This document shows, piece by piece, positions 9,029 to 18,536 of a stretch of DNA of 32,774 nucleotides. The stretch is from the NCBI GenBank assembly GCA_039919745.1, contig JBDSFC010000123.1:1-32774 (forward strand), read 5' to 3'. Position 1 is the stretch's first letter. Every line of letters begins with the position of its first letter. The notes beneath the pieces are model-generated. The model was not told the origin of the DNA, searched no databases, and saw only the letters and a program-made list of their open reading frames with translations. Source of the DNA: Bacteroidia bacterium (GTDB lineage Bacteria > Bacteroidota > Bacteroidia > B-17B0 > Aurantibacillaceae). The translations under genes and the position numbers were made by a program.

Positions 9029-10303
9029 ATGCGTTTACTCTTCATATTTTTATTTGTTTCGGAAATTGTTTTTTCCCAAAACCTTATTCTTAAGAATGTA
9101 ACTGTAATTCCTGTTAATCACGATGTGGCCATTACTAATTGTAATGTATATATCAGTAATGGCAAGATCGTAAAGATACAAGCATATGGTGCCAAACAAA
9201 TAATGAAGGGTTACACGGTGATGGATTGCGCCGGTAAATTTTTAATTCCTGGCCTTGCGGATATGCACGCTCATTTTCCAGGCAAAGAAGATCCTATACA
9301 ATTAGAAGAATATTTAAAACTTAATTTAGCGGCCGGTGTAACTACTATAAGAAGTATGCGCGGAAAAGCAAGTCAATTATCTTTGAGAGATAGTATTGCA
9401 TTGGGTAAAAAACTGGCACCGGAAATTTTCGTGTCTTATGTTTTTCCTTCAAATGATTCGTTGCTTACAAAAGACAGTATCGAAAAAGTTGTTTTGTATG
9501 CAAAAAATAAAAAGTATGATTTTATAAAATATCTTGGTGGATTAAATGAAACCAATTTTGGTTACATGGCCGAGAGCTGTAAACGAAATGAAATCGTATT
9601 AGCAGGCCATGCATATGGTAAAATGGGTTTAGAGAAAGCTATGGATGCGGGTTTCGCATCTGCGGAACATTATCAACCGTTACTAGCTTCTTACAGAAGA
9701 GATTCTGTAATTTTTAAAAACACTTTGGACAATATGAAGACAAAGGGCATTGCGTTTTGCCCAACTTTATCATTCTATCATATTTATTCTTTTGAATTTC
9801 CTGAAAAAATTTTGATGGAAAGAAACGGAATGAACTATGTTTCAAATAAAGTAAAAACCGAATGGTTAAAAGAATATAATGAGGCCATGAAATCTACAAA
9901 AGAACAATTGAAAGATGCGTTTAAAGGTAATTATGTGGATATGTACAGATCGCAATTTGCAAAGTTCAATAAGATCTTTAAACAGGCTGTGGATGCGGGT
10001 GTGCTTGTACTGTTAAGTCCGGATGACGGGATCTTTAATGTGCCGGGTTTTGGTATGTATGAAGAAATGAAATTATACAAAAATGCAGGACTTAGTAATT
10101 ACCAGGTATTAAAATGTGCTACTTACAATGCTGCCGTTTATTTTAAGCAACAAAAACTCTGGGGTAGTGTAGAGGTAGGAAAAAAAGCAAACTTATTATT
10201 ATTGAACGCGAACCCGCTTGAAAGTATTGAGAATATTAAAGAAGTGGAAGGCACACTTTTAAACGGAAAATATTATTCGCAAAAAGAATTGCTGAATAAA
10301 TAA
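9029..10303 (+). CDS. Secreted metal-dependent amidohydrolase (imidazolonepropionase-like fold)
   Basis: GKFLIPGLADMHAH (HxH), GVTTIR, AGH, AEH, PTL, G.VEVGKKANLLLL..NPL; signal peptide. Confidence 0.9.
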   Translation: MRLLFIFLFVSEIVFSQNLILKNVTVIPVNHDVAITNCNVYISNGKIVKIQAYGAKQIMKGYTVMDCAGKFLIPGLADMHAHFPGKEDPIQLEEYLKLNLAAGVTTIRSMRGKASQLSLRDSIALGKKLAPEIFVSYVFPSNDSLLTKDSIEKVVLYAKNKKYDFIKYLGGLNETNFGYMAESCKRNEIVLAGHAYGKMGLEKAMDAGFASAEHYQPLLASYRRDSVIFKNTLDNMKTKGIAFCPTLSFYHIYSFEFPEKILMERNGMNYVSNKVKTEWLKEYNEAMKSTKEQLKDAFKGNYVDMYRSQFAKFNKIFKQAVDAGVLVLLSPDDGIFNVPGFGMYEEMKLYKNAGLSNYQVLKCATYNAAVYFKQQKLWGSVEVGKKANLLLLNANPLESIENIKEVEGTLLNGKYYSQKELLNK

Positions 10304-11446
10304 TTAAAGTTTATTTATTACTTCTGCTGCTTGTTCAAGCGTTTCATCTTTTTTAGCGAAACAAAATCGCAATAATTTATTATCGTATTTATTTGTATAG
10401 AAAACGGACAAAGGAATGGTTGCTAATTTCTTTTCTTTGGTTAACCTGATCGCAAATTCAGTATCTGTTTCATCACTAACCGCTTTATAGCTCATTAACT
10501 GAAAATACGTACCGCTTGTTTTAAACGGAACAAGTTTAGAACTCGCTGTTAATTTTAAGAACAGATCGCGCTTAGCCTGGTAAAAATGTTTTAGTTCAGA
10601 ATAATTTTTAGAATCAGATAAATAATCAGCCAATGCCAATTGAAAAGGATGATTTACCGCGAAGACCAAAAACTGGTGAACTTTTCTGAACTCTACCATT
10701 AATTCTTTTGGCATTGCTACATAACCAATTTTCCAACCGGTAGTATGAACAGTTTTGCCGAATGAAGAAACGATAATGGATTGAGCTGCCAACGTTTTAT
10801 TGCGTGCAACACTTTGATGTAATTGACCGTCAAATACCATGTGTTCGTATACTTCATCGCTTAGTACTATAATATTTTTCCCTGAAACAATTTTCTCAAG
10901 TTCTAAAAGATCATTTGTATTTATAATAGCGCCACTTGGGTTATGTGGCGAATTGATCATGATCATTTTTGTTTTCGAAGTGATTTTTGATCTTACATCA
11001 TTCCAGTTAATTGAAAAATCATTAGCGTTTAATTGAGAAACTATGGCTTTAGCGCCGTGTAGTGCAATTGCCGGAATATAACAATCGTAAGCAGGTTCAA
11101 AAACAATCACTTCATCTCCTGCATGGATAAAAGCAGCGATAGCAGTATAAATAGCCTGTGTAGCACCGGCAGTAACGGTAATTTCTGTATCGGGGTTATA
11201 ATTTTGACCATAACAATTACTAACTATTTTGGCAATGCACTCGCGAAGCTGGATAACACCGGGCATTGGAGCATATTGGTTAAAACCTGCGGACATTTGT
11301 TTTTGAGCCAGTTCCAATAATTTGGGATCACAGCCAAAATCAGGAAACCCCTGCGAAAGGTTAATGGCATTGTGTTCTTTGGCAAGTGCGCCCATAGTGG
11401 TAAAAATGGTAGTACCTACATTAGGTAATTTGGATGAAATCTGCAT
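10304..11446 (-). CDS. PLP-dependent class I aminotransferase, YbdL/methionine aminotransferase type
   Basis: SKLPNVGTTIF, AINLSQGFPDF, NSPHNPSG, SDEVYEH, SFGKT...TGWKIGY (PLP lysine), RFCFAK. Confidence 0.92.
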   Translation of the reverse strand: MQISSKLPNVGTTIFTTMGALAKEHNAINLSQGFPDFGCDPKLLELAQKQMSAGFNQYAPMPGVIQLRECIAKIVSNCYGQNYNPDTEITVTAGATQAIYTAIAAFIHAGDEVIVFEPAYDCYIPAIALHGAKAIVSQLNANDFSINWNDVRSKITSKTKMIMINSPHNPSGAIINTNDLLELEKIVSGKNIIVLSDEVYEHMVFDGQLHQSVARNKTLAAQSIIVSSFGKTVHTTGWKIGYVAMPKELMVEFRKVHQFLVFAVNHPFQLALADYLSDSKNYSELKHFYQAKRDLFLKLTASSKLVPFKTSGTYFQLMSYKAVSDETDTEFAIRLTKEKKLATIPLSVFYTNKYDNKLLRFCFAKKDETLEQAAEVINKL

Positions 11447-11485
11447 AATTTTGATAATAATTCCACCAAATTGCTAAAAAAATCT

Positions 11486-11493
11486 TATTTTTG
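11486..11493 (+). promoter_or_regulatory. Bacteroidota -7 element (TATTTTTG) of tRNA-Cys
   Basis: Exact TAnnTTTG match 27 nt upstream of the mature tRNA 5' end. Confidence 0.55.
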
Positions 11494-11520
11494 CTACCCT
11501 ATCAATGATTTAAATTAATA

Positions 11521-11594
11521 GGTCCTGTGGCCGAGTGGCTAGGCTCAGCTCTGCAAAAGCTGCTACAGCGGTTCGAATCCGCTCGGGACCTCCA
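11521..11594 (+). tRNA. tRNA-Cys (GCA)
   Basis: Acceptor stem GGTCCTG/CGGGACC, anticodon arm CAGCT-CTGCAAA-AGCTG, T arm AGCGG-TTCGAAT-CCGCT, discriminator U, encoded CCA. Confidence 0.97.
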
Positions 11595-11604
11595 AAAATC
11601 ACCG

Positions 11605-11630
11605 AAAACCCCTAATAATAGGGGTTTTTT
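11605..11630 (+). terminator. Intrinsic terminator after tRNA-Cys (possibly bidirectional)
   Basis: AAAACCCCT-aataat-AGGGGTTTT followed by further T residues. Confidence 0.75.
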
Positions 11631-11637
11631 GTTTTAG

Positions 11638-11658
11638 GGGTGGCAGTATGGGTGGCAG
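11638..11658. repeat. 9-bp direct repeat GGGTGGCAG x2, 12-bp period (possible integrase arm-type sites)
   Basis: GGGTGGCAG at 11638-11646 and 11650-11658, ~45 nt past the tRNA 3' end. The repeat is seen directly; the function is inferred. Confidence 0.45.
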
Positions 11659-11737
11659 CAAGATTCAAATTTAGCACCGTGACTTGACAGTAATTCACAT
11701 TTGAGAAAAAAAACAATATGTATAATGCTAACTTCAT

Positions 11738-13171
11738 TTATTTCCAACCTCCGCCTAAAGCTTTATAAATATCAACAACAGCATTGAACTGACGTTTTTT
11801 TACGTCCACCAATTCTAATTTGGAATCTAAAGCGCCTCTTTGCGCCATAATTACTTCAATATAAGTAGCCCTGCCAGTTTTAAATAAGTCGTTAGATGTT
11901 TCAATTGATTGGGTTAAAACATCTGCTTGTTCAGATTTGAATTCAACTATTTTCTCAAGGTTTTTTATTCTTGCAACTTCATTGTAAACTTCAACATAAC
12001 CATTCAAAATACTTTTTTGATAATTGTACAAAGCCTCTTGTTGCATTGCATTTGCTGTTTTAAACTCAGCCTTTATAGCACTTCTGTTTATTAACGGTGT
12101 AACTAAACTGGCCAATAAAGAGTACGCCATCGATTGAGGATTGGTGAATAAAAATCCGGCTTTATAACCTTGTAAACCTAAAGAACCATTTATGGCCAAT
12201 GATGGATAAAACGCTGCTTTGGCTGCTTTAACATCAGCCTTTGAAGCAATCAGCTCAAATTCAGCTTGGCGAATATCGGGACGATTTTTCAATAGATCGG
12301 ATGGAACACCGGCAGAAGTTTTAAATGGTAAAGAGTTATTTAATTGAGATTTGTCGCGAGTAATGGCTTGTGGATACCTACCCAAAAGAAAATTTATTTG
12401 ATTTTCGGTCTCTGTGATTTTTTGCAACACTTCATATTCTAAAGATTTTGAATTTAATAACTGCGCCTTGAATTGTTTTACTGCTAACTCGTTTGCAACA
12501 CCCGCTTGTTTTTGAACTGTAACCAATTCAACAGCGTTTTGTTGTAATTTAATTGTTTCTTGAATAATGTCAAGTTCATTATCTAACGAAAGTAGTTCGT
12601 AGTAATTGTTAGCTAAATCAGCAATCAAATTTGTAATAACAATATTTTTTCCTTCAACGGTTGAGAAGTAACGGGCAAAAGCGGCTTTCTTTTTATTGCG
12701 CAATTTCCCCCAAATATCAATTTCCCAACTTGTTTGTAAGCCTATATAGTAATCGGGTAAATGTGTTGGAACAATTTTTCCTGGCTCTATTTCAGTTGTG
12801 CGGTTACCTGCGTCATCCATGGTGTAATAACCGAATTTTCGTTGCCAAAAGGAAAAATTTGCATCCACATTTGGAAGCAAGGCTCCTTTACTTAAACGAA
12901 TTCCTGCTCTTGCACCATCGATTCTTTGCATTGCGGAAAGCATATCTAAATTATTTTTTAATCCCACATCAATCAAGTCGACCAAATTAGGATCGGTAAA
13001 ATATTGTTTCCAATTAATAGTTGCTGAGTTGGCAGAATCTTTTGTGGATGCAAAAGAATCAGGTATATTTTTAACAGCATTGTTTTCTAAAGGCTTTGAT
13101 GTTTTGCAGCTTACAATTATTAAGCAGCAAGCCAAAGCCATGAAAGCTATTTTATGTTTTAAGTTCTTCAT
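11738..13171 (-). CDS. RND efflux outer-membrane factor (TolC/OprM/NodT family) lipoprotein
   Basis: Lipobox IVSC; W..YF.D..L..LI..GL.NN.D, SWEIDIWGKLR, P..LL..RPDI.QAE, YKALGGGW. Confidence 0.95.
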   Translation of the reverse strand: MKNLKHKIAFMALACCLIIVSCKTSKPLENNAVKNIPDSFASTKDSANSATINWKQYFTDPNLVDLIDVGLKNNLDMLSAMQRIDGARAGIRLSKGALLPNVDANFSFWQRKFGYYTMDDAGNRTTEIEPGKIVPTHLPDYYIGLQTSWEIDIWGKLRNKKKAAFARYFSTVEGKNIVITNLIADLANNYYELLSLDNELDIIQETIKLQQNAVELVTVQKQAGVANELAVKQFKAQLLNSKSLEYEVLQKITETENQINFLLGRYPQAITRDKSQLNNSLPFKTSAGVPSDLLKNRPDIRQAEFELIASKADVKAAKAAFYPSLAINGSLGLQGYKAGFLFTNPQSMAYSLLASLVTPLINRSAIKAEFKTANAMQQEALYNYQKSILNGYVEVYNEVARIKNLEKIVEFKSEQADVLTQSIETSNDLFKTGRATYIEVIMAQRGALDSKLELVDVKKRQFNAVVDIYKALGGGWK

Positions 13172-13174
13172 AGT

Positions 13175-16100
13175 TTAAATATCTTCAGTTAAAGCTTTTT
13201 CTTCTTTAGTTCCTTTTTTCTTGAATTTTTCTGCAATAGTTGCAAATACTACATATAAACCCGGAATAATAATTACTCCAAATACAGTTCCGAATAACAT
13301 ACCACCTGCGGAAGCAGAGCCAATCGTTTTATTTCCAACAGCACCTGCGCCACTTGCAAACATTAAAGGGAGCAAACCTGCAATAAAAGCAAAGGAGGTC
13401 ATTAAGATCGGGCGTAACCTAACTTTAGCACCTTCAATAGCCGCTTGTATAGGTGTTGCACCTTCTCTGTGCTTTAGAGTTGCAAACTCAACAATAAGAA
13501 TTGCATTTTTACCTAACAAGCCAATAAGCATTACCATTGCTATTTGTGCATAGATATTATTTTCTAATCCCATAAGCATTAATAAAAGAAACGCACCAAA
13601 GATTCCCGTTGGTAATGATAAAATAACAGGAAGTGGTAGTAAAAAACTTTCGTATTGCGCCGCAAGAAGTAAATACACAAATGCCAAACAAATCAAGAAA
13701 ACAAAAATGGCTTCATTACCTGCCTGCACTTCATCTAAGGAAATACCTGCCCAATTAATATCGTAACCTTTTGGTAATTTTGTTTTAGCAACTTCCTGAA
13801 TTGCGGTAATGGCACTACCACTGCTAAAGCCATCTTCGGCCTCGCCATTTAATTCAGCAGAGGGATACATATTGTAACGGGTGAGTTGCTCTAAACCGTA
13901 ATCTTTTTCAATACTTAAAAAAGCCGACATTGAGATCATTTCATCTTTATCATTTTTTACATAGAGTTTTAAAATATCGTCAGGGTTTGCCCTATACTGC
14001 GGTAAAGCCTGAACCATAACTTTGTATGTTTTACCGAACTTAATAAAATTTGTAGCGTATTCGCTACCAATTAATGTTTGCAACGTACTCATGGCATTTG
14101 TAACAGTTATGCCTTTTTGCGCTGCTTTATCAATATCGTAATGCAAAATGTATTGTGGAAAACTTGCGTCGAAGATTGAAAACGCATTTTTTATTTCGGG
14201 TCGTGCAATTAAATCTTTAATGAATTGGTTATTGACCTCTTCCATTTTTTTGTAATCGTCGTTACCTGTTTTGTTAAGCAAACGTAATTCAAAACCGCTT
14301 GCATTACCATAGCCCGGCACAGCAGGAGGAGGAAAGAATTCAATTTTAGCATCCTTAATATGTTTTGTTTTTTCAATTAAAACATCAATAATATCGTTTA
14401 CAGATTGCTTTCTTTTATCCCAGTTTTTTAAATTGATAAGGCATGTGCCATAGGTTGCACCTGTTCCGTCAGATAAAATATTTGTGCCTGCTAATGATGA
14501 AACTGATTCTATAGCATCAATCCCATCACAGGATTTACGAACTGCATTTACAACCGTTTTCGTTCTTTCTAATGTTGAACCTGCGGGTGTGGTTATACTT
14601 GCATATAATGTTCCCTGATCTTCGTTAGGAATAAAACCTGATGAAACAAAGCGTGTTAATATACCTGTGCCTAAACAAAAAATAAGCAAGAGTGAAAATG
14701 TTACAACTCTTCGGTTAACAATAGAGGAAAGTAATTTTTGATATTTCGCTGATAAATTTTCGTACCATAAATTAAAGCCATCATAAAAACGAGTGAAACG
14801 ATTTTTATTTTTATGTTGTCCGTGAGGATTTTTTAATATGAGCGCACAAAGAGCTGGCGTTAGAGTTAAAGCTATAACACCTGACAAAACAATAGATATT
14901 GCCATTGTTATAGAAAATTGTCGATAAAAAATACCTGATGGTCCAGACATAAATGCAACTGGAATAAATACCGCGGACATAACCAAAGTTATTGCAATGA
15001 TTGCACCGCTGATCTCACGCATAGCTTGCTCGGTTGCTTTTAAAGGACCAACGTTGGATTTTTCCATTTTGGCGTGAACAGCCTCTACAACAATAATGGC
15101 ATTATCGACGACAATACCTATGGCTAACACTAATGCAAATAATGTAATTAGGTTAAGAGAAAAGCCAAAGAGTTGCATAAAAAACAAAGTACCAATTAAT
15201 GAAACGGGTACAGCAATGGCAGGAATAATTGTAGAACGAAAGTCTTGTAAAAAAATAAATACAACTAAGGACACCAAAAGAAATGCCTCTAATAATGTTT
15301 TTAAAACTTCGTGTACAGATGCATCAAGAAAGCGGGAAACATCGTAACTGATTTCATAATCCATTCCATTTGGGAAAGTAGAGGCTTTAATTTCTTTTAA
15401 GCGTTCTTTTACATTTGCAATTACCTCACTTGCATTTGAACCCGGTAATTGTTTTACCATAATTGAAGCAGCAGGCTTACCGTTTATTTTTGCTTCCACA
15501 TCAAAATAGGTTGTGCCAAACTCCACATCGGCAATATCTCTTATCCTCAGAATTTGCCCGTCGGGCGTTGAACGAATAGGGATTTTTTCGTACTCCTCTT
15601 TCGTATTAAACCTGCCAGTGTATTTTAAAACATATTGCAATGCCTGCGATTCTGCTTTGTCGGAACTCTCGCCAATCTTGCCCGGTGCGGCTTCTATATT
15701 TTGTTCTTCAAGAGACGAAAGAATTTCATTGGTGGAAATATTGTAGTAAAGCATTTTATCGGGCTTTAACCAAATACGCATAGCGTATTCTTTAGCGCCT
15801 AAAATGTCAGCATAACCTACGCCTTTTATGCGTTTTAATTCAGATAAAATATTTATATCAGCAAAGTTGTAGAGAAATTTTTCCTGCACAGTTGTATCGT
15901 TACTGTAAATATTAAGATACATAAGTACACTGTTTTCTTCTTTTGCAATTGCCACACCTTGTTTAATAACTTCGGCAGGTAATTTAGCTACCACATCCAT
16001 CACACGGGTTTGAACATTAACTGAAGCAACGTTAGGGTCTGTTCCTACTTCAAAAATTATTTGAACAACGCCAACGCCATCGTTACCAGCATCGGAAGAC

Positions 16101-16333
16101 ATGTACTTCATGCCAGGCACTCCGTTAATGGCTCTTTCTAAAGGTTCAAGTGCTGACTTTGCAACTGTTTCTGCATTTGCCCCTGTATATTCAACAGTAA
16201 CGTTTACTTCGGGTGGTGCAATGCTTGGAAAAAGTGTCATTGGTAATTTTTTTAATGCCAATAACCCAAGTATTGTAATAATTAAAGATACTACAACAGA
16301 TAAAACGGGTCTATGTATAAATTTTGAGATCAT
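13175..16333 (-). CDS. RND efflux permease, HAE1 (AcrB/MexB-like) family
   Basis: FIHRPV, AMRIWL.P, LAIGIVVDNAIIVVE, GLLGKNAILIVEFA, RLRPILMTS; 1052 aa. Confidence 0.96.
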   Translation of the reverse strand: MISKFIHRPVLSVVVSLIITILGLLALKKLPMTLFPSIAPPEVNVTVEYTGANAETVAKSALEPLERAINGVPGMKYMSSDAGNDGVGVVQIIFEVGTDPNVASVNVQTRVMDVVAKLPAEVIKQGVAIAKEENSVLMYLNIYSNDTTVQEKFLYNFADINILSELKRIKGVGYADILGAKEYAMRIWLKPDKMLYYNISTNEILSSLEEQNIEAAPGKIGESSDKAESQALQYVLKYTGRFNTKEEYEKIPIRSTPDGQILRIRDIADVEFGTTYFDVEAKINGKPAASIMVKQLPGSNASEVIANVKERLKEIKASTFPNGMDYEISYDVSRFLDASVHEVLKTLLEAFLLVSLVVFIFLQDFRSTIIPAIAVPVSLIGTLFFMQLFGFSLNLITLFALVLAIGIVVDNAIIVVEAVHAKMEKSNVGPLKATEQAMREISGAIIAITLVMSAVFIPVAFMSGPSGIFYRQFSITMAISIVLSGVIALTLTPALCALILKNPHGQHKNKNRFTRFYDGFNLWYENLSAKYQKLLSSIVNRRVVTFSLLLIFCLGTGILTRFVSSGFIPNEDQGTLYASITTPAGSTLERTKTVVNAVRKSCDGIDAIESVSSLAGTNILSDGTGATYGTCLINLKNWDKRKQSVNDIIDVLIEKTKHIKDAKIEFFPPPAVPGYGNASGFELRLLNKTGNDDYKKMEEVNNQFIKDLIARPEIKNAFSIFDASFPQYILHYDIDKAAQKGITVTNAMSTLQTLIGSEYATNFIKFGKTYKVMVQALPQYRANPDDILKLYVKNDKDEMISMSAFLSIEKDYGLEQLTRYNMYPSAELNGEAEDGFSSGSAITAIQEVAKTKLPKGYDINWAGISLDEVQAGNEAIFVFLICLAFVYLLLAAQYESFLLPLPVILSLPTGIFGAFLLLMLMGLENNIYAQIAMVMLIGLLGKNAILIVEFATLKHREGATPIQAAIEGAKVRLRPILMTSFAFIAGLLPLMFASGAGAVGNKTIGSASAGGMLFGTVFGVIIIPGLYVVFATIAEKFKKKGTKEEKALTEDI

Positions 16334-16340
16334 ATTTAGT

Positions 16341-17447
16341 TTAATGTTGAATAAGCATTTGTTTTGAAGAAATTATTTCTGGAATTATTTTATCCCCTTC
16401 TTTTACAAGTTGTATTCCTTCGTAAATAATTTTATCCGAGGGCATTAAACCCGATTCGACAACATAGAAATAAGGTATGCGAAGTTTAGGAACAAAAGTT
16501 TTTATTAGAACGGTGTTATCTTTATCAATAACAAATACGCAAGCTTTTTCCTGAACCTCAAAAGTTGATTTTTGAGGAATAATAAGAGCGGCTTTAAGTT
16601 GTTTTCTTAAAAGTATTTTTCCGCTTGAACCGTTTTTAAGGATATTGTTTGGGTTTGTAAATCTTGCTCTGAACGCAATATTACCTGTTGCCTTATTAAA
16701 TTCTCCTTCAACGGTTTCAATCTTTCCTTTTATGGGATAAAGTTTATTATTGGCTAAAACTAACTCTACCTCATTATTATTGCTTGAATCTATTTGCACA
16801 CTGATATCCAAATACTCTCGTTCGGAAACATTAAAGTAGGCAAACACATCTTTGTTATTGGAAATTGAAGTAAGCAAAGTGCCTTCATCTATTAAACTTC
16901 CTACTTTATTTGGAATGCGATTAATAACACCATCAAAAGGGGCTTTGATTTCAGTAAGCAAAAGGTTTAATGCGGCAGAGGCTTCATCGGATTTAGCTTC
17001 GTCTACCTTTGCATTGGCGGCATCAAATTTTGATTGTGCCATTTCAAGTTCGGTTTTTGATACAACACTTTTATCAAGCAGGATCTGTACGTTCTTTACT
17101 TCAAGTTCGGCAGATTTTGCATCGGCAATAGCACTTTTCAATAATGCTTTTGCTTTTACCAATTCCTGTTGGTATTGTTTACTATTAATAGTAAACAAAG
17201 TTTGTCCTGCTTTTACGGGTTTACCTTCGTCAACCAAAATTTCTTCTACATAACCTTTTACTCTAGCCCTTATTTCAACATTCTGCAACGAGTGAATATC
17301 GGCCACGTATTCAGTAATAAAAACTGTATCTATTACCAGAGGGTTGATAATAGGATATTTTCCTGCTTCGGTTTTATTTTCTTTATCAGATGAACATGCC
17401 GATAATAATACGGCAATGGCGCTTAATAGCACAAATGCTTTTTTCAT
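16341..17447 (-). CDS. RND efflux periplasmic adaptor (MFP) lipoprotein
   Basis: Lipobox LSAC; VEIRARVKGY...VDEG..VKAGQ.LF.I, IKAPFDG.I biotinyl-like motifs. Confidence 0.95.
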   Translation of the reverse strand: MKKAFVLLSAIAVLLSACSSDKENKTEAGKYPIINPLVIDTVFITEYVADIHSLQNVEIRARVKGYVEEILVDEGKPVKAGQTLFTINSKQYQQELVKAKALLKSAIADAKSAELEVKNVQILLDKSVVSKTELEMAQSKFDAANAKVDEAKSDEASAALNLLLTEIKAPFDGVINRIPNKVGSLIDEGTLLTSISNNKDVFAYFNVSEREYLDISVQIDSSNNNEVELVLANNKLYPIKGKIETVEGEFNKATGNIAFRARFTNPNNILKNGSSGKILLRKQLKAALIIPQKSTFEVQEKACVFVIDKDNTVLIKTFVPKLRIPYFYVVESGLMPSDKIIYEGIQLVKEGDKIIPEIISSKQMLIQH

Positions 17448-17469
17448 AATTTTAGTACTAAATGTTTTG

Positions 17470-17517
17470 TGAAATAATTAAGAATAAACTGAGTACAGGC
17501 GAAAACCTACACTCAGT
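17470..17517 (-). terminator. Terminator/attenuator-like hairpin between the leader ORF and the RND operon
   Basis: Minus-strand RNA ACUGAGUGUAGG-UUUUCG-CCUGUACUCAGU forms a 12-bp stem with two G-U pairs (these are mismatches on the + strand), followed by UUAUUCUUAAUUAUUU. Confidence 0.65.
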
Positions 17518-17544
17518 AAACTTAAACTAAACGGAAAATCGGTA

Positions 17545-17928
17545 TTATGCCTTAGGTGGCGGAGGATTTATTTCTTTAATAAAAGAAATGAGTGAATTAT
17601 TAATGTAAGGTGTTTGATTTATTGCAATTAAAATAATCGCTCTATCAAAATTAATGTCTAAAGGATTTTGGTAGAATTTAAAATCTTTACACATTTCAAA
17701 ATTCATAGCGTCAGTATCATCTGCTTCATCGTGTTCTGCAATAGCATTATCAATGTCTAATACTTGTTCTAAAACTATTTCCACTACAGACTCTTGATCA
17801 TTGATAGTTAAGTCTTCAGGAATACTATCAGGATTAGCATCGGGCATATCCGCAGAAATATTAAAGATATGTATTGCTAATACAATACAAAAAAACCTAA
17901 AAATTATGTGATTTCGAAAAAACTTCAT
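17545..17928 (-). CDS. Hypothetical leader-type protein: N-terminal hydrophobic segment, acidic middle, C-terminal PPPP
   Basis: 127-aa ORF with ATG start, co-directional with and 97 nt upstream of the MFP gene; ends KEINPPPPKA. Confidence 0.75.
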   Translation of the reverse strand: MKFFRNHIIFRFFCIVLAIHIFNISADMPDANPDSIPEDLTINDQESVVEIVLEQVLDIDNAIAEHDEADDTDAMNFEMCKDFKFYQNPLDINFDRAIILIAINQTPYINNSLISFIKEINPPPPKA

Positions 17929-18179
17929 TTTACCAACGTGAATGTAGTATTTTTTTTGAAAAGATAAACATTGCTATTTGTGAAAAAAAAGGCCGATCTA
18001 ATGAATTTATAAATTTTAGAAGAGTTTTCTGCATTTCACGAGCCATTATTTAAAATATTAAATAAATGATACTGGAAAATTACATAATCATCATCTTTTC
18101 AAATAAGTGTTACCAATAAAGCTTTTAATTTCACTAGAGTTTTATTTGTTTTTTTAAATAAATTTTTTTATATTAGCTT

Positions 18180-18536
18180 GTGTCTAACATTAAAACAATT
18201 TTAATTTATGGTTTTTTATTCGCTTTTTCTTTTGGTAAAGCGCATAAATGTCAATTACCTTTCGCAACTAAAATTTATTCAAAATGCGCTGTAAGCACTT
18301 CAGTAAATTTCGAGACAATAAAAAATCTTTCAAAATTCAACGCCAGTAAAGTCTTAAAAATTAAAAGGAAACGCAAACCTCGTTTCGTTGAACTCGCTTT
18401 TCAAATGCATTGTTTTGGTGTCAAAAAACATTTTGCTTATCCTGATTATTTAAAGACTAAAACATCTACTCACATCTTAATTTATTTATATAATTCGAAT
18501 TGCGAGCGAGGGCCGCCGAGCTTTAGAAAAATATAA
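18180..18536 (+). CDS. Hypothetical leader-type protein with signal-like N-terminus and C-terminal RGPP motif
   Basis: 118 aa from GTG; ILIYGFLFAFSFGKA signal-like segment; ends NCERGPPSFRKI, with RGPP codons at 18507-18518. Confidence 0.6.
   Translation: MSNIKTILIYGFLFAFSFGKAHKCQLPFATKIYSKCAVSTSVNFETIKNLSKFNASKVLKIKRKRKPRFVELAFQMHCFGVKKHFAYPDYLKTKTSTHILIYLYNSNCERGPPSFRKI

Noticed and set aside
13175-16333. Heavy-metal (CusA/CzcA) efflux call because a copper-storage gene is nearby
   Set aside because: Motifs (AMRIWL.P, GKNAILIVEFA) are HAE1-type, not HME-type.
12661-17393. Several plus-strand ORFs inside the RND operon
   Set aside because: Antisense shadows of well-supported genes; the same applies to those within gltX, DUF1501/DUF1800, the aminotransferase, nhaP, DUF389, APC, nhaD and the kamA-like gene.
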